Shown here one piece after another: positions 1 through 8,721 of a stretch of 22,201 bases of DNA. The stretch's first letter is position 1. Each line of letters starts with the position of its first letter. The notes under the pieces were generated by a model, which did no database searches, was not told the DNA's origin, and worked only from the letters and a program-made list of their open reading frames with translations. This DNA comes from Vulcanimicrobiota bacterium (lineage in GTDB: Bacteria > Vulcanimicrobiota > Vulcanimicrobiia > Vulcanimicrobiales > Vulcanimicrobiaceae), in NCBI GenBank assembly GCA_003135555.1, contig PLCF01000086.1:14883-37083 (forward strand), written 5' to 3'. A program made the translations under genes and the position numbers.

Positions 1-558
1 AACGAGAACGGCGATTGCCCAGGCTGCGTTCTGGCCGCGCGTATCGACGCTGCCCGCCAGACCAACGTGATCAACGGCGGCGTCGGGCCGTCGTCGGGGA
101 CCTACGCGGGCGCGTCGGCTCCCGGACCCACGTACTCCGCACCCGAGCCGCCCCCGCCCACGCCCCCGCGCGTCCCACGCACGACCGCCCTGGCCGAGGT
201 TCGCCCCGAGACGCGGGCCCTCGTGGCACTGGGCTACCCGTTCGTACCGCTGGCGGTCATCGCGCTGCTCGACAGCAAAGCATCGCTGGCCGTCAAGCGG
301 CAAGCCTGGCAGGCGGTCGGCTTCAACGTCGGGATGTGCGGATTTAGCGCGGTGTTGGGCTTCACGGCGCTGCTGCCGATCCTGCAGTTCAGCGCGTGGC
401 CGCTGTTGCCGTTCATCGTCCCGCTCTGGATGGTGGCGAGCGTCGTCTACGGCTACAAGGTCTGGCAAGGCGAGGACGTCGACGTGCCGCTCGTCAGCGA
501 CTGGGTCGATGCCCGCTTGTCCCCAACGCCGCACGGCGGGGGCGAGCGGACCGCCTAA
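1..558 (+). CDS. Membrane protein, DUF4870/Tic20-like C-terminal domain with Pro-rich linker and an N-terminal CxxC; 5' partial
   Basis: Frame 1 is open from base 1 (NENGDCPGCVLAARIDAAR...), so the ORF-track start at 67 is probably internal. Pro-rich linker, then hydrophobic helices with 'ALGYPF...VKRQAWQAVGFN...YGYKVWQGEDVDVPLVSDW', typical of DUF4870/Tic20-like proteins. Confidence 0.65.
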   Translation, partial: NENGDCPGCVLAARIDAARQTNVINGGVGPSSGTYAGASAPGPTYSAPEPPPPTPPRVPRTTALAEVRPETRALVALGYPFVPLAVIALLDSKASLAVKRQAWQAVGFNVGMCGFSAVLGFTALLPILQFSAWPLLPFIVPLWMVASVVYGYKVWQGEDVDVPLVSDWVDARLSPTPHGGGERTA

Positions 559-1973
559 GCCGGGATCCGCGCGCTCTTAACCCACGCTTCGACCTCCTCG
601 ACGCCGCGCGGAATCGCGGCCGAGAGGACGTCGACGCCGGTCTCGGTGATGAGCACGTCGTCTTCGACGCGCACGCCGATCCCGCGGTAGCGCGCCGGAA
701 CCGTGAGATCGTCGAGCTGGAAATAGAGCCCGGGCTCGACGGTCAGAACCATCCCCGGGCGCAGCTCCCCGAGCTTATACGCCTCGGCGCGCGCGGCCGC
801 ACAGTCGTGCACGTCCAGTCCGAGCATGTGGCTGACGTTGTGCAACGAGTAGCGCTTGTAGAACTGGTTCTCGTCCCGCAGCGCATCCTGGGCCGAGCTG
901 ATGATCCCCAGCCGTTCCAGACCGTGCGCGAGGACTTCCATCGCAGCGCGGTTGGGGTCGAGGAAATCCTTGCCCGGCGCGCACTGCGCGAAGGCGGCAT
1001 CCTGCGCCGCGAGCACGAGCTCGTAGACCGCGCGCTGCTCGGGCGTGAAGCTCCCGGAGACCGGTAGCGTGCGCGTGATGTCCGCAGTGTAGAGCGTCTC
1101 CGCCTCGACGCCGGCGTCGAGGAGCAGCAGCTCGTTCTCGCCGATCGAACGGTCGTTGCGCGTCCAGTGCAGCGTGCAGGCGTTCGGGCCGCTCGCGGCG
1201 ATCGTGCTGTAGCCGGTGTCGTTCCCGTCGACGCGCGCGCGCAGGTTGAATACGCCCTCGACGGTCCGCTCGGTCTCGGCCTGCGGCAGGGCGCGCACGA
1301 CGTCGTCGAACGCGCGATGCGTCGCTTCGATCGCGTTGCGCAGCTCGCACACTTCGAACTCGTCCTTGATCAGCCGCATCTCCGAGAGCACCGTAGCGAG
1401 CTCGGCGTCGCGGGCGGGCTGCGGCGGCAATGCCGCGTCCAGTTCCGGATCGACGCCGCGCAACGCGCGATAGCGGCCGCCCGCGACCGCGGCTGCGACG
1501 TCGCCGGCAAGCGCGTCGAGCGGCTTGGTCGCGATCCCGTAGCGCTGCGCGGTCTGCGTCAGCCCAAGGCGGGGTCCGACCCAGAGCTCGCCCTTCATGC
1601 GATCGGTAAAGAACGTGGCGTCGGTCTTGCCCGGATGCGGCCGGCAGTACAGCGTCGCGGAGTGCGCGTCGGCGGCGGGGACGAGCACGAGCACGTTGTC
1701 GGGTTCCAGGTTCCCGGTGAGGTAATAGAAGTCGGTGCCCGGCCGGAACCGGTAGATCGTGTCGTTGGCGCGAATCTTTTCGTGGCCGGTCGGGACGATC
1801 AGCGTCTCCCCGGGCAGCGCCCGCGAGAGCGCGTCGCGCCGCGCCGCGAACCGCTCCGCTCCCTCGACCGAACTCGCCGGCGTGCCGGGCGGCGTCGCCC
1901 AACCGGACATCATGAACCGCACCAGGTTCTCGGGAGCTCCCGTGTCGTGAGAGGCGCGCGGCTGATCGCTCAT
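555..1973 (-). CDS. pepP: Xaa-Pro aminopeptidase (aminopeptidase P, M24B)
   Basis: N-terminal 'YRFRPGTDFYYLTG'; metal-ligand motifs LLLDAG, YTADITRT, SHMLGLDVHD, TVEPGLY, GVRVEDD. Confidence 0.93.
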   Translation of the reverse strand: MSDQPRASHDTGAPENLVRFMMSGWATPPGTPASSVEGAERFAARRDALSRALPGETLIVPTGHEKIRANDTIYRFRPGTDFYYLTGNLEPDNVLVLVPAADAHSATLYCRPHPGKTDATFFTDRMKGELWVGPRLGLTQTAQRYGIATKPLDALAGDVAAAVAGGRYRALRGVDPELDAALPPQPARDAELATVLSEMRLIKDEFEVCELRNAIEATHRAFDDVVRALPQAETERTVEGVFNLRARVDGNDTGYSTIAASGPNACTLHWTRNDRSIGENELLLLDAGVEAETLYTADITRTLPVSGSFTPEQRAVYELVLAAQDAAFAQCAPGKDFLDPNRAAMEVLAHGLERLGIISSAQDALRDENQFYKRYSLHNVSHMLGLDVHDCAAARAEAYKLGELRPGMVLTVEPGLYFQLDDLTVPARYRGIGVRVEDDVLITETGVDVLSAAIPRGVEEVEAWVKSARIPA

Positions 1974-1999
1974 ACGAACGTTTTCGGCAGCGAAATCCT

Positions 2000-2539
2000 T
2001 CAGCCTGGCTTGGGGGGACGCAACTCGTAGCGGTGATCGAACCCGCGTACGCCGTCGATGACGTCGGCGGAGCGCTCCGTGCCGTCGCGGGCGAAGCCGA
2101 GCCGCTCGAGCAGCGCGATCGAGGGGACGTTGCGCACGTCGACGACCGCGCGCACGACTGCGACGCCGGCACCGAAGAGGTGCTGCACCATCGCGGCGAC
2201 CGCTTCGCCGGCGAAGCCGCGCCGCTGGTGGGCAACCAGGACCAGATAGCCGATTTCGGCCTGCGCGCCTGCGTGGGCCAGCGTCGCCTGAACGTAACCG
2301 GCGGCCTGGCCGGTGTCGCGGCGCACGAGGATCCAGTTGAGCCAGTGCTGGTCGCCCGCCGGTGAATCCCCGGTCGCGAGTTGCGCGTAGCGCTCGCGCA
2401 GCGAAGCCATGTCGTCCGGCGGCTCGTCGGTTTGGTACGCGTAGAGCGAGGGCTCGTGGAGCCCATCGAACATCGCGCCGGCGTGATCGGCGCGGATCGG
2501 CTCCAACCGCAGGCGCGGCGTTTCGAGCGGGCGGAACAA
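2000..2539 (-). CDS. GNAT N-acetyltransferase, RimJ/RimL-like
   Basis: 'LETPRLRLEP', 'AEIGY...HQRRGFAGEA' acetyl-CoA motif, 'NVPSIALLERLGF'. Start placed at TTG 2539, just after the upstream gene's stop; the ORF-track extension to 2842 overlaps the photolyase-family gene. Confidence 0.88.
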   Translation of the reverse strand: MFRPLETPRLRLEPIRADHAGAMFDGLHEPSLYAYQTDEPPDDMASLRERYAQLATGDSPAGDQHWLNWILVRRDTGQAAGYVQATLAHAGAQAEIGYLVLVAHQRRGFAGEAVAAMVQHLFGAGVAVVRAVVDVRNVPSIALLERLGFARDGTERSADVIDGVRGFDHRYELRPPKPG

Positions 2540-2558
2540 CGCTGCACCGGCTCGACGG

Positions 2559-3986
2559 TTATGCCGGGGCACGGACCTCGCGCGCGTAGCGTTCGAGGAA
2601 CGCGCGGGCAACGCTCTCGTGCTCGACGACCGGCGCGGGATAGGACGTGCGTCCGAAGAGCGGTAGACGCAGTTGGCGCTCTTGGCGCGCCGCTTCGGAC
2701 TCGAGCAGCGCGGCGTCGGGGAGGTCGGCGAGCTCGGGGATCCAGCGCCGTACGTAGTGCCCCGACGGATCGAACCGGCGCGCCTGTTTGAGCGGATTGT
2801 AGATGCGCGGATACGCCGCGAGGTCGGCGCCGACGCCTGCAACCCACTGCCAGTTGCCCGCCGCCAGCGCGGGGTCGTCTTCGGTCAGATAGTGGTCCCA
2901 CTCGTCGCGTCCGACGCGCCAATCGACGCCCAGGTCGAAGCACAGGAACGATGCCGCGATGGCGCGCACCCGCGGATGCATCCACCCCGTCGCGCGCAAT
3001 TCGCGCACGCCCGCGTCGATCAGCGGGTATCCTGTGCGGCCGCTGCGCCACGCATCGAGATGCGGGTGCGTTCGCGCAAAGGTGAAGCCGCGCATCTTGG
3101 CTTGGAGCGGCTCTTCGGCGAGCGACTCGTTGTACCAGGCGAGCTGCAAGAAGAAATCCCGTAGCGCGAGCGCTCGCAGGTAGAGCTTGAGCGAGGTCCG
3201 CTCCTCGACGAGCAGGAACGGATCGCCGGCGCGCGCGCAACTTGCGCGCACGACCTCGCGTGCGGCGATCGTTCCGAACGAGAGCGCCGCCGACAAGTGT
3301 GACGTCTCGCCCGCCGCCGGGACGTTGCGCGCGGCCCCGTATTGCAGCACCGGTGCGGCCAAGAATGCAGCCAGCTTCGCGCGCGCCGGCGCCGCGCCGA
3401 CCGCCTCGTCGGTCCCGGCCTGCGAGCCGAACTCTTCGGGGATCGGCAGCGGCTCGCTGGCCACCTCGAGCGCGGCGAACGAGGCGCTGCCCACGTCGTC
3501 GACCGGGATGAGCGTGCGCCAGCGCGCGTAGTACGGGACGAAGGCGCGGTAGCCGTCGCCGCGGCTGTGGCTCGCGGCGGCATCCTCGGGCGGCACCGCG
3601 GACGCGTCGTGAACGGGCAGCGCGCGCAGTCCAGCCTCTTCGAGCGTCGACTGCATGTCGCGGTCGCGCCGGATGCTCTTCGCATCGTAGCCGCAGCTCC
3701 AGCCGACGACGCCGGCGCCGACCGCCCGCGCCAGGGCGCGCAACGCCTGCCCCGGATTGCCGCGGCGCACGATCAGCGAACTGCCGCGCTCGCGCAGCTC
3801 GGCGTCGAGCGCGCGCACCGCAGCGCAGTAGTATGCGGCACGTCGCGGCGAGCGCCGCAGGCGTGCCGCGGAGACCGGATCGATGACGTGGACCGGGACC
3901 ACCTCGCCGTGCCGGCTCGCGGCGGCGAGGCCCGCGTGGTCGCTCAAGCGCAGATCCCGAGAAAAAGCGAAGACCGCCCGGCTCAC
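2559..3986 (-). CDS. Photolyase/cryptochrome family flavoprotein (class I/III-like scaffold, divergent active site)
   Basis: 'RDLRLSDH', 'TSHLSAALSFG', 'AWRSGRTGYPLIDAGVREL.ATGWMH', 'GNWQW', 'RIYNPLKQARRFDPSGHYVRRWIPEL'. Symbol phrB withheld because key residues are substituted (see findings). Confidence 0.92.
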   Translation of the reverse strand: MSRAVFAFSRDLRLSDHAGLAAASRHGEVVPVHVIDPVSAARLRRSPRRAAYYCAAVRALDAELRERGSSLIVRRGNPGQALRALARAVGAGVVGWSCGYDAKSIRRDRDMQSTLEEAGLRALPVHDASAVPPEDAAASHSRGDGYRAFVPYYARWRTLIPVDDVGSASFAALEVASEPLPIPEEFGSQAGTDEAVGAAPARAKLAAFLAAPVLQYGAARNVPAAGETSHLSAALSFGTIAAREVVRASCARAGDPFLLVEERTSLKLYLRALALRDFFLQLAWYNESLAEEPLQAKMRGFTFARTHPHLDAWRSGRTGYPLIDAGVRELRATGWMHPRVRAIAASFLCFDLGVDWRVGRDEWDHYLTEDDPALAAGNWQWVAGVGADLAAYPRIYNPLKQARRFDPSGHYVRRWIPELADLPDAALLESEAARQERQLRLPLFGRTSYPAPVVEHESVARAFLERYAREVRAPA

Positions 3987-4029
3987 GCGCTACCGGCGCT
4001 CCGTCCCTTGCGTCCCGTGCTGACGCCCG

Positions 4030-4428
4030 TTATAGCGTCTGCACGAAGGCGGCTACGTCGTCGACGTCTTTCTCGCTAAGCGGCTGCGGGAACAGCTTGG
4101 GCATCGGCGGCTGAGGATTCTTGATCCAGGCGATCGTCTTGTCGTAGTCCTTGCGGCTCTTTTCGTTCTTGAGCGACGGCCCGACCCCGCCGCTTTCGCC
4201 GTTCGCCCCGTGGCACTGCGCGCAGTTTGCTCCGAAGATCGTCTTCCCATGCGCGGGATCCCCTTTGGTAACCGTCATGGTCCCCGTCGTCGCCGCGGGG
4301 CCGGCCGTCGCGGTAGTCGTCGTGGTCGTCGACGATGACGAGCTCTGATCCGAACCCTTCGTGCATCCGGCGGCGATCAGCGCCGCGATTGCGGTGGCGG
4401 CGACGAATGCGAACGACCTGGACGGCAT
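4030..4428 (-). CDS. Monoheme class I cytochrome c, predicted lipoprotein with Ser/Thr-rich tether
   Basis: AAGGAG Shine-Dalgarno before ATG 4428; signal peptide ending IAAG-C (lipobox-like); SSSSSTTTTTT linker; CAQCH heme motif; 'GPSL' and distal Met in 'PPMP'. Confidence 0.9.
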   Translation of the reverse strand: MPSRSFAFVAATAIAALIAAGCTKGSDQSSSSSTTTTTTATAGPAATTGTMTVTKGDPAHGKTIFGANCAQCHGANGESGGVGPSLKNEKSRKDYDKTIAWIKNPQPPMPKLFPQPLSEKDVDDVAAFVQTL

Positions 4429-4459
4429 GGGGCTCCTTTCGTGGGCCGGCTCGGCGCCC

Positions 4460-4468
4460 ACCTTACCA
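4460..4468 (-). promoter_or_regulatory. Putative extended -10 promoter (TGGTAAGGT) for the cytochrome c gene
   Basis: Matches TGnTAnnnT about 30 nt upstream of the ATG; no consensus -35. Confidence 0.45.
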
Positions 4469-4482
4469 TTCCTTCACTCTCC

Positions 4483-4504
4483 GACGGGAGATCGATCTCC
4501 TGTC
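4483..4504. promoter_or_regulatory. 22-bp near-perfect palindrome GACGGGAGATCGATCTCCTGTC, candidate operator
   Basis: Perfect 14-bp core GGAGATCGATCTCC with no loop; one mismatch over 22 bp; lies between divergent genes. Confidence 0.5.
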
Positions 4505-4514
4505 TCCGTACACG

Positions 4515-5009
4515 ATGCACGTGAGCCGGGTCTTCATTCGTTACGCGTTGCCGCGCGACGCCGACCGGCTGGTGGCGGACGGCGTCGTGGGCGGTCCCAC
4601 GCCGACCGGCGAGCAGTGGCCGCAGCGCGTACAAAAATGGCTAGCCGAACAGCAAGCGGGCCGCCGATTCATCCTCGTCGCCGAGGACGCGTCCGGCTTG
4701 CTCGGCACCGTCCAGATCGTGTTCAAGTTCCCGGCCGGCTACACCGATCGCGAAGCGGCCAACGGCGTCGACGTCGCGATGGTCGAAGCGCTGCGAACCC
4801 GCGCCGACGCACCGCACGGCGTCGCGACCCAGCTCATCACCGACGTGCAGAACATCGCCCGCAAGCGCGGGATCAAGACGCTGACATTCCTGTTGGCAAT
4901 GGGCGACAACCGCGGTATCGCACAAGCCAAGTCCTGGGGCTTCGAAGAATTCCGCATCATGCCCGAACAAGGCAGAATGTTGGCGTTCTTCCGGAAATCA
5001 ATCGGCTGA
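4515..5009 (+). CDS. GNAT-fold protein (divergent)
   Basis: 'IRYA..RDA' start, 'FILVAED..GLLGTVQI' strands, 'ARKRGIKTLTF', 'NRGIAQAKSWGF' C-terminal GNAT signature. Start ATG 4515 (GTG 4521 is an alternative). Confidence 0.72.
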   Translation: MHVSRVFIRYALPRDADRLVADGVVGGPTPTGEQWPQRVQKWLAEQQAGRRFILVAEDASGLLGTVQIVFKFPAGYTDREAANGVDVAMVEALRTRADAPHGVATQLITDVQNIARKRGIKTLTFLLAMGDNRGIAQAKSWGFEEFRIMPEQGRMLAFFRKSIG

Positions 5010-5025
5010 GGCTTGGCGTTTTCGG

Positions 5026-6048
5026 TTAGCCGCCGATTTCGCTGAAGGCTCGCATGGCGGATGCGGTCTGGCCGAGTTCGAGGAAGTGGCGTTCGGGCTT
5101 CACGTGCATCGAGGCGCGGAAGAGCTCGGTGATCGCGGCTTCTCCGCCGCCGGCGCGCAGTGGTGTGCGCAGGTCGATGAGGTGGTCGCCGAACAGGCAC
5201 AGCTTCAGGCGGCCGTCGGCGGAGAGGCGGACGCGGTTGCAAGTTTCGCAGTAGTCGTGTGCGAGCGGCGAGATGACGCCGACGGTGCCGGGGACGCCGT
5301 CGTAGGCGAAGGTGCGCGCGGGGCCGTTGCCGTGCGGGTTGGGGACCGAGTGGAGGTCGCCGAGTGCGCCGAGTCGCGCCAGCACTTCGTCGGAGGAGAC
5401 CCACGCGTCGCGCTGCAGGTCGACGTTGTCGGTCACCGGCATCACTTCGATGAAGCGGATGTGGACGGGGCGCTCGCGCGTCATCTGGGCAAACGCCTCG
5501 AGCTCGTCGTCGTTGGCTCCGCGCATCACGACGCAGTTGATCTTGACCGGGCCCAGGCCGTTTTCGATGGCGGCATCGATGCCGGCGAGGACGCGGGCCA
5601 GACCGGGGCGGCGCGCGATCGCCGTGAAGCGGTCGTCGTGCAGCGTGTCGAGCGAGACGTTGACGCGGCGCAGCCCGGCTGCCGCGAGCCGCGGCGCCAG
5701 GTCGGCGAGGAGCAGACCGTTGGTCGAGAGCGCGATGTCGTCGATCCCCGGTATCGCCGCAATGAGCGCTACGAGCCGTTCGAGGTCGCGGCGGATCAGC
5801 GGCTCCCCGCCGGTGAGACGGATGCTGCGCACGCCGATCCCGGCGGCGGCGCGGACGATGGTCGCGATCTCCTCGTAGCTGAGGATCTCGGGCTTGGGGA
5901 TCCAGGGCAGGCCCGCCTCGGGCATGCAGTAGACGCAGCGCAAGTTACAGCGGTCGGTGACCGAGACGCGCAGGTAGGTGATCGGGCGCCGGAAGGCGTC
6001 GACGAGCGGCTCCGCCACTGCCTCGATGAGATCGATCACCGAGCCCAC
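5026..6048 (-). CDS. moaA: GTP 3',8-cyclase MoaA (radical SAM)
   Basis: 'LVDAFRRPITYLRVSVTDRCNLRCVYCMP' (CxxxCxxC), 'RLTGGEPL', C-terminal CETCNRVRL...C cluster, terminal GG. GGAGG Shine-Dalgarno 5 nt before GTG 6048. Confidence 0.96.
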   Translation of the reverse strand: MGSVIDLIEAVAEPLVDAFRRPITYLRVSVTDRCNLRCVYCMPEAGLPWIPKPEILSYEEIATIVRAAAGIGVRSIRLTGGEPLIRRDLERLVALIAAIPGIDDIALSTNGLLLADLAPRLAAAGLRRVNVSLDTLHDDRFTAIARRPGLARVLAGIDAAIENGLGPVKINCVVMRGANDDELEAFAQMTRERPVHIRFIEVMPVTDNVDLQRDAWVSSDEVLARLGALGDLHSVPNPHGNGPARTFAYDGVPGTVGVISPLAHDYCETCNRVRLSADGRLKLCLFGDHLIDLRTPLRAGGGEAAITELFRASMHVKPERHFLELGQTASAMRAFSEIGG

Positions 6049-6091
6049 CTTCGCCTCCGGCCCGGGTCCCACCCCGCTCGCCGGGCGGGGT

Positions 6092-6730
6092 TTAGGCGTC
6101 CTCGAAGACCTTGTCGCTGACCGGGACGTTGATCTTGTAGTTCGCGAACGTCGAGCTGATGTCGGCGTTGTAGTGCGGGATGTCGACTTTGCCGGTCTGT
6201 TGTTTGACCACGAAGTTCCCGCTGATCTGGTCGTAGGTGTTCGAGAACTTGATCGTACCGCCGTCGTCCTTGTAGAAGTACGTCATCTCGCTCACGGTCG
6301 CGGTCTTGTCGTCGACCTTCACGTCGACGTGATCGATGCGCCCGTTCTTCTTGCGCACCAATTTGAACATCGCGGCCGAGCCGTCGTCGCTGGTCTTCGT
6401 CACTTCGTAGAGCTTGGGCCAGTCCGACGGCGGCTCCATCTGACCGACGACTTTCTTGAGCTGGCCGGCCAGCGCCGGGACGGACTGGAACGTGACCGCC
6501 GTCTTGTCGGGGCGCTTGTAGTACGCCTTGCCCTCGAGCGTCGGGCTCAGATACGGAAACGTGTTCATCTTGATCGCGACCGTGACGTCGGCCTGATACG
6601 AGCTCAGCCCCGAGTTGACGCGCTGCATGCGGGCGTAGAGGTCTTCCTGGGCGGAAGCTGGGAGCCACGGCCCCGCGACCCCGGCCAGCGCGACGGCGGC
6701 GAAAAATGCAAACCAGCGGCGAGTCATCAT
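6092..6730 (-). CDS. Secreted LolA/LolB-fold-like (lipoprotein carrier/sorting-type) protein
   Basis: Signal peptide 'MMTRRWFAFFAAVALAG...ASA'; beta-rich body 'SYQADVTV...GKAYYKRPDK', ending 'FANYKINVPVSDKVF', typical of LolA-like folds. Confidence 0.65.
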   Translation of the reverse strand: MMTRRWFAFFAAVALAGVAGPWLPASAQEDLYARMQRVNSGLSSYQADVTVAIKMNTFPYLSPTLEGKAYYKRPDKTAVTFQSVPALAGQLKKVVGQMEPPSDWPKLYEVTKTSDDGSAAMFKLVRKKNGRIDHVDVKVDDKTATVSEMTYFYKDDGGTIKFSNTYDQISGNFVVKQQTGKVDIPHYNADISSTFANYKINVPVSDKVFEDA

Positions 6731-6749
6731 ATCCGTTGGTTCAACGCCG

Positions 6750-7859
6750 TCATGGTGCAATGGGTTCCAGCGCGGCGCTCACTTCCTCGCGCACCCAAGC
6801 ATCGGCATCGCCGAGCGCCGCCCGTAGCGCTCGAAGCGCCTGCGGTGAACCGATCCGGCCGAGCGCCCAGGCGGCGTGGCCGCGCACCAGCGGGCTCCGG
6901 TCGTCGCTCAGCGCCGCCGCGAGCGCCGGCACGTCGGCGCGGTCCAACGAGTTGCCCAGCGCGACGGCCGCGTTGCGACGCAGCACCGGCGCCCCGCGCC
7001 AGCCCATCGCGGTGCGCCGCACGCGACGAAACGCCGCGCCGCGCACGCGCAGCAACGCCTGCAGGTCCGGCGCAGCCAGTTCGTCCTCGAGCGGCCGGCA
7101 GGCACCGTCGCCGGCCCGGCCCGCTTGTTGGCTCGGCGGGCACGCATCGTTGCACAAGTCGCAGCCCCAGACCCACGTCCCGATCAGCGGCCGCAGTGCG
7201 CGCGGAATCGCGTCGCGACGCTGCGTCAGGTCACTGATGCAACGCTCGGCGTTCATCGTCCGGTCGCCGCGCAGCGCTCCCGTGGGGCAGACGTCGACGC
7301 AGGCGCGGCACGCGCCGCACGACGTGCGCAGCGCGCGGTCGGGCTCGAGATCCAGCGTCGTCACCACTTCGCCTAAGAAGACTGCCGACCCCAACCCCTT
7401 CACGATGAGGCTGGTGTGCTTGCCGATCCAGCCCAAGCCCGCGCGGGCGGCGAACGCGCGCTCGGCGAACGGCGCGGTGTCGCAAGCGACGCGCGTTACC
7501 GGCGCTCCTGCAAGCGCGTCGATTCGCGCGGCGATCTCGCGCAGCAGCGTCTGCATCCGTCGATGGTAGTCGGGCGACCATGCATACGCCGACACCCGGC
7601 CGCGGTCGCGCCGTTCGGAGGGTACTGGGGTCGCGTACGGAACCGCGATGCAGACGACGCTGCGCGCGCCGGCCAAGATCGTCGACGGATCGCTCGCGGC
7701 ACCGGCGTACGCGTCGTCGTACGACCACGTCGCGAGATCGCCGCGCGCCAGCGCCGCGCGCATCCGCGCCCGCGTCGCCGCGTCAGGGTCGGCCGCGGTG
7801 ATGCGCACCGCTCCTGCGCCGCACGCGCGGGCGATCGCCCTCACGGCGTCCGCGGTCAC
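6750..7859 (-). CDS. queG: Epoxyqueuosine reductase QueG
   Basis: 'GRVSAYAWSPDYH', 'CDTAPFAERAFAARAGLGWIGKH', CGACRACVDVCP and CDLCNDACP Fe-S motifs, C-terminal HEAT-like repeats. Start uncertain (GTG 7859 or 7886). Confidence 0.93.
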   Translation of the reverse strand: MTADAVRAIARACGAGAVRITAADPDAATRARMRAALARGDLATWSYDDAYAGAASDPSTILAGARSVVCIAVPYATPVPSERRDRGRVSAYAWSPDYHRRMQTLLREIAARIDALAGAPVTRVACDTAPFAERAFAARAGLGWIGKHTSLIVKGLGSAVFLGEVVTTLDLEPDRALRTSCGACRACVDVCPTGALRGDRTMNAERCISDLTQRRDAIPRALRPLIGTWVWGCDLCNDACPPSQQAGRAGDGACRPLEDELAAPDLQALLRVRGAAFRRVRRTAMGWRGAPVLRRNAAVALGNSLDRADVPALAAALSDDRSPLVRGHAAWALGRIGSPQALRALRAALGDADAWVREEVSAALEPIAP

Positions 7860-7863
7860 GGCC

Positions 7864-8721
7864 TCAGATACTCGGAATGCCCCCACGGCGCTTTCTCACC
7901 GGGAACGCGCGGTCGATCGCTTCGATGTCGGCGTCGTCGAGGCGCAAGTCGCCCGCGCCGGCGTTTTCCTCGACGTGAGCGACCTTTGATGCTTTCGGGA
8001 TGACGAACGTGATCGGGTCGCGGGTGAGAAACGCGAGGACGACCTGACGCGGCGTCGCGCCGTGCTTCGTCGCGACCTCGCCGATCGTACGCGCGCCGGG
8101 CCGGTCCGTCCAGTCGCCGCGGCCGAACGGCGTGTAGCCGACGATCGCGATTCCGACGGTGCGGCAAAACTCCAGCTCGTGATCCTCGATCGTCCGTTCG
8201 CCGAGATGGTAGAGCACTTGGTTGCACGAGATCGGCACGCGCCCCAGCGCGGCGCGTGCTTCCTTGAGATCGTCGACGTCGAAGTTGCTCACGCCGAGCG
8301 CGTGGATCTTCCCGTCGGCGACGAGCTGCTCGAAAGCCCGCATCGTCTCGCCGAGCGGCACGTTCCCGCGCCAGTGGAGCAGGTAGCAGTCCAGATAGTC
8401 GAGCTGCATCCGCTCCAGCGAAGCCTCGCAGGCGCGAATCGTCCCCTCGTAGCTCGCGTTCGACGGCAGCACTTTGGAGACGATGAAGAGCTGCTCGCGC
8501 GGCAACCCGCGGATCGCCTCGCCGAGCAGTCGCTCGGCACCGCCGTCGCCGTACATCTCGGCCGTGTCGAGATGCACCATGTCGAGCTCGATACCACGGC
8601 GCAACGCGCGCTTCGCCTCGTCGGCCGCGGCGCCGCGCAGCGGGACGTTCCAGGTTCCCTGGCCGATGATCGGGACGTCCGGGCCGTAGGGGCGCGGCGA
8701 GCCGAACGGGCGCACGATCAC
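7864..8721 (-). CDS. Aldo/keto reductase
   Basis: 'IGQGTW', 'HLDTAEMYG', 'IVSKV', 'YLLHW', 'LGVSNF', 'IPKA' (D/Y/K/H catalytic tetrad present). Confidence 0.94.
   Translation of the reverse strand: MIVRPFGSPRPYGPDVPIIGQGTWNVPLRGAAADEAKRALRRGIELDMVHLDTAEMYGDGGAERLLGEAIRGLPREQLFIVSKVLPSNASYEGTIRACEASLERMQLDYLDCYLLHWRGNVPLGETMRAFEQLVADGKIHALGVSNFDVDDLKEARAALGRVPISCNQVLYHLGERTIEDHELEFCRTVGIAIVGYTPFGRGDWTDRPGARTIGEVATKHGATPRQVVLAFLTRDPITFVIPKASKVAHVEENAGAGDLRLDDADIEAIDRAFPVRKRRGGIPSI

Noticed and set aside
775..3240. 821-aa minus-strand ORF and many other long Arg/Ala/Pro-rich ORFs (e.g. 12004..13620, 13642..15057, 5978..7237, 18720..19994)
   Set aside because: Shadow or antisense frames of real genes in high-GC DNA with few stop codons; no recognisable motifs.
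4300..4345. GTC/GTG triplet-like repeats
   Set aside because: Explained by the Ser/Thr linker of the cytochrome c lipoprotein.
6049..6091. Hairpin ACCCCGC...GCGGGGT upstream of moaA as a possible Moco riboswitch or terminator
   Set aside because: The spacer is only about 43 nt, too short for the Moco RNA motif, and there is no U-tract on the coding strand; at most a stabilising hairpin.
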